Shown: one piece after another, positions 26,215-38,411 of the stretch | Layout: every line of letters begins with the position of its first letter | Position numbering within the stretch: position 1 is the first letter of the stretch | Position numbers and translations under genes: made by a program | DNA from: Octopus vulgaris | Taxonomy: Eukaryota | Assembly (NCBI GenBank): GCA_951406725.2 | Contig: OX597814.1 | Coordinates: forward strand, 154,318,001 to 154,382,000 | DNA: 64,000 nt | Direction: 5' to 3' | Notes under the pieces: model-generated | Told to the model about the DNA's origin: nothing | What the model saw: the letters and a program-made list of their open reading frames with translations, nothing else | Databases searched by the model: none

Positions 26215-27101
26215 ACCTCTAACAGTGTAAAGAAAGGGATTGCTCAGTGCCTAAAACATTGAGCAAAGAATATAAGCAGCAATCGTGATACCCACCATGA
26301 AGAAATGATCAAGCTCAGTAACAATCTATTAACCAACAACTACCCCAAAAACATACTATCTACTCCAATTATGAAGAAAAGAGAGGATGAGACCAATAAA
26401 CTGTCTATAGTCTGTCTACCCTATGTGAAAGGCCTCTCTGAAAAGATACAAAAGGTATGTGGCTCATATGACATCAGGACAGTATTCAAGAGTAATACAA
26501 CACTTTGCAAATATCCCCTTTGGGTAAAACCATCAATAGAAGAGAATATGACCAAAAACTGTGTGTACTCCATCCCATGCAGCTGTGGTAGGTTATACAA
26601 AGGTGAAACATGCTGTCCCCTCAAAATAAAGGGAGAAGAACATTGCAAAGCTGTGACATGGGGAGATATTGACAAACTGGGTATAACTGATCATGTATGG
26701 AAAAATGGAGACTACCTCCCCCTGTGGGATGAAGTTAAAATACTAGACAGAGAACACCACTGGAAAATACAAAAACTAAAAGAAGCAGCACATATGCTAG
26801 GATGCAACAACCTTCTAAGCAGACCGAGTGCAGATATGAGTAGCATATGGGAACCAGTATTAGGGAAGGATAGGAAAATATTAGATTTATAAGCCCTAAA
26901 AATTCACTCCATAATTGCCATGAGCGTATGGCATAGTGGTTAAGAGTGCGGGCTACTAACCTCAAGATTCTGAGTTCGATTCCAGGCAGTGACCTGAATA
27001 ACAGTAACAACAACAACAATAATAATAGTAATAATAACATCAAAAAATACCTTATGGAATGAGAACCCAGGTTTGAAATTTCCTAAGACACCTGATGAAG
27101 A
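26215..27101 (+). mobile_element. Penelope-like element 3' part: RT thumb, GIY-YIG endonuclease (ORF 26305-26892) and 3' pLTR
   Basis: NNYP...LPYVKGLSEKI...VFKS...CVYSIPCSCGRLYKGET...DH...KEA..M; followed by a tRNA-like segment and CTGATGA at 27092. Confidence 0.9.
26922..26994 (+). other. tRNA(Arg)-like Pol III head embedded in the Penelope 3' region
   Basis: A box TGGCATAGTGG, B box GAGTTCGATTCC; ctac...aagattc..gttcga.tcc.ggc resembles tRNA-Arg(ACG); acceptor stem does not pair. Confidence 0.65.
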
Positions 27102-27104
27102 CTT

Positions 27105-28040
27105 CTCAAATATGTCTTCTGGACTAATGGTGAAGAAGTTATTGTAATGGTATCGACTATTTCCAGTTTCGTTTTGGATTAAGAATTTTTATAAAGTTTT
27201 CCTCTTTTGCCTTTCATAGATGATGATTTCATCTTTATTCTGTAAAAGGAGAATATTCTAAATTTTCCATTTGCACAAATGCCTAGTTGTTTACTACATA
27301 AAACAGCAGTTCTTAACCTGGGGGTCACTTGGGGTTTATCAGGAGTGGGGTGGAGCGTGGAGGTGTGGTCATAGAGAGTTTGGGAGAAAGTAATTTATTT
27401 CATGTATCTGAGGTATTGCAATGCAGCTGCATTGCTGTATTGCAGTGTCATGCATTGCAGCTAGTGCTAGTGGTAAGTGCTTCACTCCTGCTCTGTGACT
27501 CCCATTCGAAGACCATAAAATTTATCATAGGGGTCACAGTAATACCCCAGAGAGCCTCAGGGGATAAAACGATGAAAAGAGTTAGGAACTACTGACATGG
27601 AACGTTTCTAATAGGTGAACCTTTAACTTGCTGTTTGTACATGTTTACTGTATCACATGTCCACAATGTAATGGGAATTATATTGGGGAAACAGGAACAA
27701 AACTCACCAATCATATAAATGTACACAAACAGCAATTTAAAGAAGAATCATCTCTAAGAAATGTTCCATGTAGAAAATATCTAGAAATTTGTGCAAATGG
27801 AAAATTTAAAATATTCCCCTTTTACAAAAAAAAAAAAAGATAAAAATTATCAACTTTGAAAAGTAAGAGAATACTTTATAAGAAAAATAAGTCCAAAACT
27901 AGACCAGAAATAGTCAGCACCATTACTAAAAGCAACTTGAAAAGTTGAACAACAAAAATGTTCACACACAAAATACACACTGTATACAAACTTCTTCTCC
28001 AAAGGTTGATGACATTCTGTTGCCTAAATAAAAGTTTTTA
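27105..28040 (+). mobile_element. Second Penelope-like GIY-YIG remnant with an inverted partial copy of its 3' end
   Basis: VYCITCPQCNGNYIGETG (27628-27843); 27105-27280 is a diverged reverse complement of ~27787-27960. Confidence 0.8.
27304..27594. mobile_element. hAT-type MITE
   Basis: TIRs cagcagttcttaac / gttaggaactactg; 8-bp flanks acataaaa / acatggaa (6 of 8 match). Confidence 0.65.
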
Positions 28041-29583
28041 CTGCAAGGCACCTTTGGAAAGTATCTTCTACTATAACCTCAGGCTGACCAAAGCCTTGTG
28101 AGTGGATTTGGGAGACAGAAATGAAGGAAGTTTGCTTTGTGTGTGTGCGTGTGTGTGTATATATATATATATACGTATATATCAGAAACTGAAAGAAGCC
28201 TGTCATATATATTTGTGTGTGTGTGTGTGTGTGTGCACACGTGTGCATGTGTTTCTCCCCCACCAACACTTGACAACCAAGGTTGTTCTATTTACATCCC
28301 TGTAACTTTGCAGTTCAGCAAAAGAGACCGATAGAATAAGTACCAAGCTTTAAAATAAAAAAAGTACTCGGGTTGATTTGTTCAACTAAAATCCTACAAG
28401 GCAGTGCCCCAGTATGGCCACAGTCCAATGACTGAAACAAGTAAAAGATAGGCATACTCCAATCTCAGATGTGTTGTCTCATCTCACCGCCTTCTCCAAC
28501 ACTACTACTACTACTACAGTAAACTCTGCTTTAAGATCACTAGTCTTATACTTCCTACACAGGTGCTCCTGCCTAATTTGTACTCTCCTTTTATTGCTCA
28601 TGTTGTGACTAATCTGCCAGGCACTGCATAAATCACAATACCAAGTCCTTTCTTCCTAGAGCATTGGCTCTCATCTCGCTCATGTCTTTCCTTGCAGTCA
28701 TCAACTTACAACATTTATAGTTGTGAGCTGGCAGAATTGTTATCATGTCAAAGAAAAGTTTAGTAGCATTTCTTTTGGCTCTTTACAATCTGAGTTCCTG
28801 CTGAGGCTGACTTTGTCTTTCATCTTTTCAGGGTCAATAAAATAAAGTTCCAGTTGAGCACAGGTGTCAACGTAATCAACTTATTGCCTCCCCTAAAACT
28901 GCTGGTCTTGAGCCAATATTTGAAACCATTAACTTAGATGTCTTGTTATTATATTTCTGTTGAAACACACTGCCTTTGTTTCTGTTGATTTTCAAAATAA
29001 TACTCTTTTACTCTTTTACTTGTTTCAGTCATTTGACTGTGGCCATGCTGGAGCACCACCTTTAGTCGAGCAAATCGACCCCAGGACTTATTCTTTGTAA
29101 GCCTAGTACTTATTCTAGTACTTTTGCCGAACTGCTAAGTTATGGGGACGTAAACACACCAGCATCAGTTGTCAAGCGATGTTGGGGGTGACAAACACAG
29201 ACACACACACACACACACATATATACGATGGGCTTCTTTCAGTTTTCCGTCTACCAAATCCACTCACAAGGTTTTGGTCGGCCCGAAGCTATAGTAGGAG
29301 ACACTTGCCCAAGGTGCCACGTAGTTGGACTGAACCCAGAACCATGTGGTTAGTAAAGCAAGCTACTTACCACACAGCCACTCCTATGCCTATACTGAAA
29401 AATTTTGTAAAATAATTTTGTCATTATTAGATTGAAATCACTTTAACTCTTTAACATTTGGATTTCTCTATCAAATATAATGCTTATTTATTCACATTGA
29501 TAAAAATTATTCATGCATTACCTTGTAGCTTTGAGATGTCAATGATGTGATTGTTTATTTTTAGAATAATATTGTAGGGTAAG

Positions 29584-29910
29584 TGTGGAGGTGCTATGGC
29601 CCAGTGGTTAGAGCAGTGGACTCATGATTGGAGGATCATGGTTTCGATTCCTACACCGGGTGTTGTGTGTGTTTATTGAGCGAAAACACCTAAAAGCTTC
29701 ATGAGGCTCTGGCAGGGGGTGGTGGCGACCCCTGTTGTACTCTTTTGCCACAACTTTCTCTCACTCTCTCTTCCTGTTTCTTGAGCAATGCTGCGATGGA
29801 CTGGCGTCCCGTCCAGCTAGGGGAAACACATAAGCCACAGAATGCAGGAAACCAGGCCCAAGAGCATGGCTAGGCTTGAAAAGGGTGACGTTTATTGTTT
29901 TTATTGTAGG
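29584..29910 (+). mobile_element. tRNA-derived SINE with V-domain-like centre
   Basis: tggcccagtggttagagc / gtttcgattcc boxes; ctgcgatggactggcgtcccgtccag; attgtaggg occurs on both sides. A CORE-like SINE follows on the minus strand at ~29915-30270. Confidence 0.75.
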
Positions 29911-30744
29911 GGAAGTATGAAAGGCTGAATCTACCCAGTTCAAAGATAAATCAGGTAGGTTATTTGGGTTGGATAAAAATCTCTGTTTGTTCATGAATGA
30001 CCATAGGATTGCATCTAGAAAGTTCCCCTGTGAGGCACAAGTCCAGGCAAGCTTGTTTATGGTAGACCAGCAGTCATCCATGCATACCAGCCTCCCTTCT
30101 CCATGCCACCGATGTTATGCAAGGGCAAAGACTGACACAGCTTGGCACCAGTGATGTCACAACTCATTTCTACAGCTGAGTGAACTGGAGCAATGTGAAA
30201 TAACGTGTCTTGCTTAAGAACACAACACATAGCCCGGTCCAAGAATCGATTGTGAGCCCGATGGTCTAATCATTGATGGCTGGTTTAAATACTAAAGGGT
30301 ACAAGCACGAATTTTACATCATAAAACCAAGGGAGGTCTCAGGTGGGATGGTATCAAAATGGTTAAAGCTTAAATGAAACATTAATGTCATCAGTTCTAC
30401 CAATCTCGGAAGGTCTGCAAAATCTATGGGCATTGTTCCTTCCTTCAGATCTAGTAACCAAAAAAAAAAAAAAAGAAAAAATGGAAAGATAGAGAGTGAA
30501 AAAGAGAGAGGGAGAGAGAGAGAGAGCAAGAGAGAAACACACGCCCACAAACAAACATAGATAAAAATATACATAAGAGGTGGGAGAGACGAGTGAGTAG
30601 AGAGATAAATAGTCACACTATGGCTTAGCCATGCTGGTTGATAGGTTGAAGGGAAGAAGGGAGAAAGATGTGATTAAAAAAAAAATGATAACATGCATGT
30701 GCATCTACATGAGGGTGTGTTTGTGTGTGCGTGTGTGTGTGCGC

Positions 30745-30775
<31 letters not shown>

Positions 30776-31350
30776 AGTGAAGGAGGTTTATAAAAGAACA
30801 TTGTTGGTGAGAAGAAAATAAGTTGTTGGCTGGGAGCCAGGTTCAGTCAAGAGATACAAATAGCATATAATTTTGCCCAGCTGTTGAAAGCAGCTTGCGG
30901 AGTGGCATGCTGGACTCATATTCAAGTGATTGATGATGTATTGAAGATGGTGGTGACAGCAGTGGTGGCGGTGATGATGGTGGTGGTGATGGTGATGATG
31001 GTAGTGATGCCGATAGAGGCGGTTGTGGCGACGAGTGATGGTAGTAACGGTGCTGGTAGTGATGGTAATGATAATGGTGGTGGTGAGAGTGACGGTGGTG
31101 CCGATGTTGGTGGTGAAGGTTGTAGTGGTGACAGTAGTTGCAGTGGTGGTAGTGTGGACAGATTGTTAGCACTGATAATATAGAGGTGGAAGGTGAAAGT
31201 AGTGGTGGTGGTGGTAGTGATAGTGGTGGTAATGGAGTTAAGTGATGGTAGGAGTAGGGATAGAGGTGGTGTGGTAGAGATGGCAGTGGAGGTGGCCGGT
31301 GGTGGTGACGGTCACTATAAGTGAAACAAAGTAGTAAACTAGGCATAAAA

Positions 31351-31665
31351 TTTCGTTTTTGGATTAGGTTTGCAAGATTCTTTATGTGAGTTCGTGTGTT
31401 GAAGCATATTCTGTTATGTCTGGGGAGAGTCATTTTCTTTTTGCACCTTATAATATAAACACACACACCGGTAAAATTTCCACTTTTTTTTCTTATTTTT
31501 ATTTTCCTAAAATTTTCATTGCGTCTTGCAACCTTTTCAATAGTTTTGACTCAGTCTGTTATTTAGGAAAATAAAAATAAGGAAAAAAAGTGGAAATTTT
31601 ACGGTGAGTGTGTTATATTATAAGGCACAAAAAGAAAATGACTCTCTCCAGACACAACAGAATAG
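31351..31665. mobile_element. Fold-back element, third family copy; hammerhead-like motif at 31507-31543(-)
   Basis: Arm ~31407-31510 is inverted at ~31562-31664; minus strand reads CTA TTGAAAA G GTTGC AAGAC GCAAT GAA AATT T TAG. Confidence 0.8.
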
Positions 31666-32291
31666 TCATAAAATGTTTCTTTTGAAAGTACCATTTTCTT
31701 CCCCAGATATGCCGCCCACCATATGTATTTTACAGTCTGGGTTTGAGTAGTCATAACTGTCACAGACTCTTCTAAGTTGGTGGAGGCTTATACCTTGTTC
31801 TTGTTGTTTAGTCTCCAAGTTAGTAGACCTGTGGTTGAGACCTATGAACCAAGGCATTCCAGATTCCAGCCATGGAAGTCCATTTTTCTTCAGGCAAAGT
31901 TTATAAGACACACATTATCAAATGTGTTCTTCTCTTTTAGGTGGTAAGGGTGTGATTTGAGAAAGGTTTGGCTAATATTTGTAGCAGGTATAATGAAGAC
32001 ATAGAAGCATCCTTAATGGTTTGATAGGCTAATGATACTTGTTGACACAATTTAAAGGTCATTCCCGAAATTGCACAGATCAACAATTAGAATGCTAGGA
32101 AAGGTTTCCCTGTGAGGAAGGACTGTGTATAGTTCTATATGGAGTTGGGGTGGAGTAAAACAAGACAGTAGAGGAAAGGCATGAAGAGAATCTGTTGTAC
32201 TTTTGTTGCTAAGCAATAATGTGACCGCGTGTGTACCGTTGGTGATTTTTTTTCCTCCGTCTTCCCTTCTTTGGATCTTTCCTTTTCCTAT

Positions 32292-32326
32292 GTTTCTGAC
32301 AAAGAGCTCCGCTTGAAACGTTAAAC
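32292..32326 (+). ncRNA. Minimal type-I hammerhead-like motif inside a ~230-bp pLTR-like insert (~32205-32435)
   Basis: GTTT CTGACAA A GAGC TCC GCTT GAA ACGT T AAAC: stem I GTTT/AAAC, stem II GAGC/GCTT, palindromic ACGT; both deviations are explainable by CpG decay. Confidence 0.65.
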
Positions 32327-34244
32327 CCTCCTTCTTCCCTTCCTTTCTGAGCATCCAATAATACTATATTTGTTCCACGTTCTTGCATTGTTGTGTTTTC
32401 TCTTTGTGTTTTCATGTTTGGATTAACTTTATATACATATATAGTTTGTTAAGTGCTGACACACAAAACTCTTGGCCCTTGAGTCACTGCTGTTTCTGGT
32501 AAATATTAGTTTCAAAATTTGGCACAAGGTCAGCAAGTTGAGGAGCGGGTGCAAGTCATTTACATTGACCCAGTGTTCAACTAGTACTTATTTTATTAAC
32601 TTTGAAAGGATAAAAGGCAAATTTGATCCTGTTGGAATTTGAACTCAGAACATAAAGATTGATGAAATACGACTAAGCATTTTGCCTGGCATACTAATGA
32701 TTCTGCTAGCTCACTGTCTGCTTCTGGTAAATATATATATATATATAAAATGTATATGTGTGTGTATGTTGATTGCTTTATCTTGTCAGATGATAACCAC
32801 TTATATACGATGTCTGTACATCACTGGGTTATAGTGAGATATACTTGTATGCCACTTATCTCATCTTGATGTCATTTATGCAGAAACAGTATCATCTGAA
32901 ATCCTCTATTCTCTACATCATCCCCCTATATGCATCCTTAGCTCACACACTGAAGCTCCTAACAAATGACAAGAAGAACTAAGATGTTTGTAGTATCTGT
33001 CCAAGAAGAGACAGAGGGAGGATAAAATATGTCAGTGGGTTAGGGTTGCAATGTGATTTACCTGTTAAATCTTTACAATTGATGCTTACTTGTAAGAGGT
33101 AAAAATAAATTCATTTTGACTCATTTATCCACTTTGAGGCTCTATAATAGAATCCCAGAAAATCCAACGCAATATCTATTTATAGTTCTATATTTAAGAG
33201 ATGAGGAATTATGTACATTATTTACATTATTTACATTCGAAAAACAAGATGAGGACAAATATCCGTTGAATGTAAATAATGTAAATATCTATTTATATTC
33301 TTTAATATTTCCTACTATCTTGCCTTCATAAACCTAAATTTATACACCCATCAGCCAACAATTCTCATACTTTAATACACACCTTTTTTTTACTTGTCTT
33401 TGAAAAGTTCTATAAGATGGAATGGCTAGTCATTATTTGTGAATGGAAGTATGATTACTATTTTAGTATATCTTTCATTGATTGTATAAATACCATCCCA
33501 TAAATAGGGTTCCTGATGACTGAGAAGCACTGATATCGCTTAAGCTACCTTCCTGAAACAATGCTGATCTTTGCCAAAACAGATCAGTTCTAGTCTCGTT
33601 AACTCTGGAGATGATAAATAAGATACATTTTGTTTTTCTTTTATTAATAGTTTAAACACGAGGAAGAGGCCGTGTCTAAAACTAGAATTAGTAGTGTTAT
33701 AATATTTTGGACAGAGTGTAGAGTAGAAACGGAAGCTTGAGAATTAGCAATCATATAATTAGTTTGGATTGAGCACGGAGCAGAAATGGAAATAGAGAAT
33801 TAGCAATAATATAATAGGCTGAACTGAGCATCATTATATATATATTTTTTGAAACTAATTACATTTATATAATTGATGTTTAGTCTGCATATTTGGAGGG
33901 TGCTGTGAGCATGAAAAACAGGGTTAGGAAGGGAATTCCAGAGGGTTGATACTCTGAAAGGAACAATTAGGAGTAGTGGTTAGTTTAAAGCTATGCGTGA
34001 AGAGAGAAGGAAGAATAAGTATATCATGTAGACTTAGGTGGAGAGTAGTACGAAACTAGCCAGCCATGAAGAACATAAGCCGTTGCAGGAACAGTAAAAA
34101 AAGTGGCATGAGAAGAATGTTTCTCTGTGAGTCAGAGAGTAAAGTTTGTTGGTCAGCAAACCTTTACAATTTAATCAGATGGCTTTCATTTGGATGATGT
34201 TTAGGATGCTGCCTGACATGCCAGTGCCACCCAACTGGTTCCCA

Positions 34245-34530
34245 TGCCGGTGGCACATAAAAAGCATTATTTGAGCATGGTCAATGCCAGTACCGCCTGG
34301 CTGGCTCCCGTGCTGGTAGCATATAAAAAGCATTATTTGAGCATGGTCAATGCCAGTACCGCCTGGCTGGCTCCCGTGCTGGTAGCATATAAAAAGCATT
34401 ATTTGAGCATGGTCAATGCCAGTACCGCCTGACTGGATCCCATGCTGGTGGCACAGAAAAAGCACCATACAAGCGTGGTCGATACTAGTGCTGCCTGACT
34501 GGCCCTCATGCTGGTGACAAGTAAAAAGCA
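34245..34530 (+). repeat. 66-bp tandem repeat (about 4.5 units) inside an RTE 3' tail
   Basis: Unit ggtagcatataaaaagcattatttgagcatggtcaatgccagtaccgcctggctggctcccgtgct; 22-aa periodicity in the ORF track. Confidence 0.9.
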
Positions 34531-36454
34531 CCCACTACACTCTTGGAGTAGTTGGTGTTGGGAAGGGCACCCAGCAGTAGATACCTTGTCAGATCAGACT
34601 GAGCCTGGTACAGCCTCTTGGCTTGCCAGTCCTCAGTCAAACCGTCCAACCCATGCCAGCATGGAAAATGGATGTTAAATGATGATGATGATGATGATGA
34701 TGTGTAACATTTCAGATGGAGCAATATTCCATTATGAGCCTCATTTCTACCTTGTAGTGAAATGAGCTGTCTGTAGCCAAAGTATTTTCTGGTCCTAAAA
34801 AGGGAAGCTAGTCCTTGGAATACAATTTTTGGTTGCATATGCACATATAATAGACTCTGTACATTTTTGAATTATGTATATTAAATGCATTAATATTTTT
34901 GTAGACAAATGCAAAAATATATAGTCATATGTATGTATGTATTTTGATCATTACCAAATACGTTAGTCAGGGAAAGTGCCAATGACTTTGTTAAATCCTT
35001 CCAGACTCATAAGACTGGTGCAACTAATGGCAAGCTTGAATATTTGCAGGCCAATGCTTGTAGGAATAAAGAGAGAGAAGAGAGAGAAGATAGAGAGTGA
35101 GAAATAATTTGCCATTACCAACAGTAAATAAGCATAAAAGTAAACAAACAGAAAAGAATAGACAAAAGAAGTGCATAGCTCTGAAATTTTGGGATGTGCA
35201 AACAAGACTGTGTGGGTACACACACACACACATACAAACTTGTGCATCTACACAAATCTATGTGTGTAGTAACACATAGATATACAATAGTTTTTCAGTT
35301 TTTTTTATTGGTTACAGATATTGGAACATTGCCTTTAAGAATTTACTTGTTTCTGTTAAGAGTAAATATTTTGTCCAATACTTTCTTTCATTGACCTTTG
35401 GAAGACTGAACTGCAAAGTTGACCTGGGCAGGATTTGAAATCAGAACATAAAAAAATGGAATGAAATACCATGAGAAATTTTGTCGGATGTTCTGATTGT
35501 GACATACTGCCATTCCTCACATAAATATAAAGTATACATGCTTATGATTAAAAGAAAGAAAAATGAGTTACTAAATTTACGTTCTATGTTAGTGTGTTGA
35601 TAAATTCTTAATGCTTGACAAGCTAAAACCACAATCAAAATTAGCTCAACCATAGGAGAATTAAGAAGCATGTTATATAGTTTTGAGTTGTTTCTACTTA
35701 ACATCATAGAGACTAGAGATAACTGCACAGAGATAGGGAACAACACTTTAAGTGTTGCTAAGGGTACAGTTGACTGTAAGGTCCATTGCACTTTAAGTCT
35801 AGACATGTAATACTTCGTATGTATGTGTGTGTATGTGTACACACACACATGTACACACAAACACACATACACACACACACAAATGTAAGTATGTTTGACT
35901 GGATGTATTAAATATATAATCTTTCCACTCATTTGCAGAAGGGTGTATTGTGCTCTTATGTTTTTGTAACACAAAACATACATTCACACACACACACACA
36001 CTCTTTTATTTGTTTCAGTCATTTAACTGTGGCCATGCTGGAGCGATGCCTTAAAGGGTTTTTTAGTCAAAGAAATCGACCCTGGGACTTATCCTTTGTA
36101 AGCCTAGTACTTATTCTATTGGTGTCTTTTGCCAAACTGCCAAGTTATTGGGACGTAAACACACCAACACTAGTTGTCAAGTAGTGATTGGGGGACAAAC
36201 ACAGACACAAAAACACATACACATCATAAATATATAAACGATGATGATGATGATGATGATGATATATATATGTATATATATATATGACAGGTTTCTTTCA
36301 GTTTCTTTTCTACCAAATCCATTCAAAAGGCTTTGGTCAGCACAAGGCGCTATAGAAGAAGACACTTGCCAAAAATGCCATGCAGTGGGACAGAACCTAG
36401 AACCATGTGGTTGGAAAGCAAACTTCTTACCACACAACCATACCTGCACCTATA

Positions 36455-36500
<46 letters not shown>

Positions 36501-36619
36501 ATAAGATATATAATTTACAGTTCTTAAAAAGTACATGTATTTATACACACAGGTACATACACACACTTACACACACACACACACCTCTGTATGTACATAT
36601 AGCTATGCATATGTACATA

Positions 36620-36675
<56 letters not shown>

Positions 36676-37140
36676 AAGACCTATGGCCTAGTGGTTAGGG
36701 TTCTGGGTTCATAATTATCAAGTTGTAGGTTCTATTCCTGGACTGGGTAGCACATTGTACTCTTGAGCAAAGCAAATAATTTCATGTCGCTCCATGAAAG
36801 GATGAGTTGCATCAAGTGTGGGAGAAGTGAGAGTGTGTCTTTGTTTGCTCGAAACTACATAAGTACCTAAAACTATTAGCGAAAGTGGGTAATACAAGCT
36901 ATCAGCTCATATATTTGATTGTAAGGGATGGCTAAGCTTTTGTGCATACGTGTGTGTATGATATGATTACCTTAATACAGGTGTAATTTGAGGGCTATTT
37001 GGCTTCTATTTTTAGGTCAAGCAACCATATAGAGTCTCTTTCATGTATCAGGCATAATATATTTAGGGTTATATTAACCCTTTAGCATTCAGATTACTCT
37101 TTGAAATGTAATGCTTATATATATATATATATATATATAT

Positions 37141-38411
37141 CATCATCATCATCATCATTTAACGTCCGCTTTCCATGCTAGCATGGGTTGGACGATTTGA
37201 CTCCAAAGCAGACTCCAATCTGATCTGGCAGAGTTTCTACAGTTGGATGCCCTTCCTAACGCCAACAACTCTGAGAGTGTAGTGGGTGCTTTTATGTGCA
37301 ACCTGCACAGGAGCCAGTCCAGCGGCACTGGTGACGACATCGCTCGAATATTTCACATACCACCAGCACAAGTGCTAGTAAGGTGACGCAGTAACAATCA
37401 CACTCGAATGGTGTGCTTAACATGCCATCGGCACGAAGGTCAGCTTGTTGCTCTGTCAACGATCTCACTCATATGGGACTCTTAGCGCTCCACTAGCAAC
37501 GGATGCCAGTCACTGAATTTGATTTCGACTTCAATTTCACTTGCCTCAACTGGTCTTCACAAGCAGAGTTTAGTGTCCAATGAAGAAAAGGCATGCGTAA
37601 GTGGACTGATTACACCCCTAGCATAGGCCACAAGGTTATGGTCACACTTGCGCTTGCCGAGTCTTCAACTGCACAGCATATTTCCAAAGGTCCCAGTCAC
37701 TAGTCATTGCCTCAATGAGGCCCAATGTTTGAAGGTCATGCTTCACCACCTCATCCCAGGTCTTCCTGGGTCTACCTCTTCCACAGGTTCCCTCAACTGC
37801 TAGGGTGTGGCACTTTATCACACAGCTATTGACATCCATTCTCGCCACATGACCATACCAGTGCAGTCGTCTCTCTTGCACACCACATCTGATGCTTCTT
37901 AGGTCCAACCTTTCTCTCAGGGCACTTACACTCTGTCGAGCATGCACACTGACATTACACATCCATTAGAGAATGCTGCCTTCATTCCTTGCGAGCTTAC
38001 ACATATCCTCAGCTGTCATGGCCCATGTTTCACTGCCATGTAGCATGGCTGTTCGTACACATGTGTCAAACAGTCTACCTTTTACTCTGAGCGAGAGGCC
38101 CTTTGTCACCAGAAGAGGTAAGAGCTCTCTGAATTTAGCCCAGGCTTTTCTTATTCTAGCAGCTACACTTTCAGTGCACCCTCCCCCGCTACTGACTTGG
38201 TCACCTAGGTAACGGAAGCTATCAACTACTTCTAGTTTTTCTCCCTGTAATGTGGCGGAAGTTGTTCTCTGGACATTTTCAGTGTTATTTATAGCACCTG
38301 AGCATCTGCCACATATGAAAACTATCCTCCCAGTTAGCCTTCCTTTGATATTGCTGAACCTCTTATGTGTCCATAGCTTACACTGGGTGCTGCACCTCTT
38401 ATGTGTCCATA
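37141..38411 (-). mobile_element. 5'-truncated RTE-clade LINE (RT C-terminal part, 3' UTR, (GAT)n tail)
   Basis: CTQCKLWTHKR...CGRC...VDSFRYLGD...AMLHGSETW...RRLHWYGHVARM...GRGRPRKTW; one internal stop near 37968. Confidence 0.92.

Noticed and set aside
26922-26994. Functional tRNA gene
   Set aside because: Acceptor stem does not pair, the anticodon arm is altered, and it is embedded in a retroelement end.
33590-33675. Degenerate duplicate of SLC26 exon 40288-40223 beside the shared minisatellite
   Set aside because: Only a chance-level FKL match, wrong phase and no donor at the expected place; better explained as repeat debris.
34245-34530. CRISPR-like array
   Set aside because: Contiguous 66-bp tandem units with no unique spacers, inside a LINE 3' UTR in eukaryotic DNA; no cas genes.
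34963-35056. Minus-strand exon candidate after a (CT)-rich tract
   Set aside because: AAG acceptor, and all three frames stop before a plausible donor; at most a non-coding exon.
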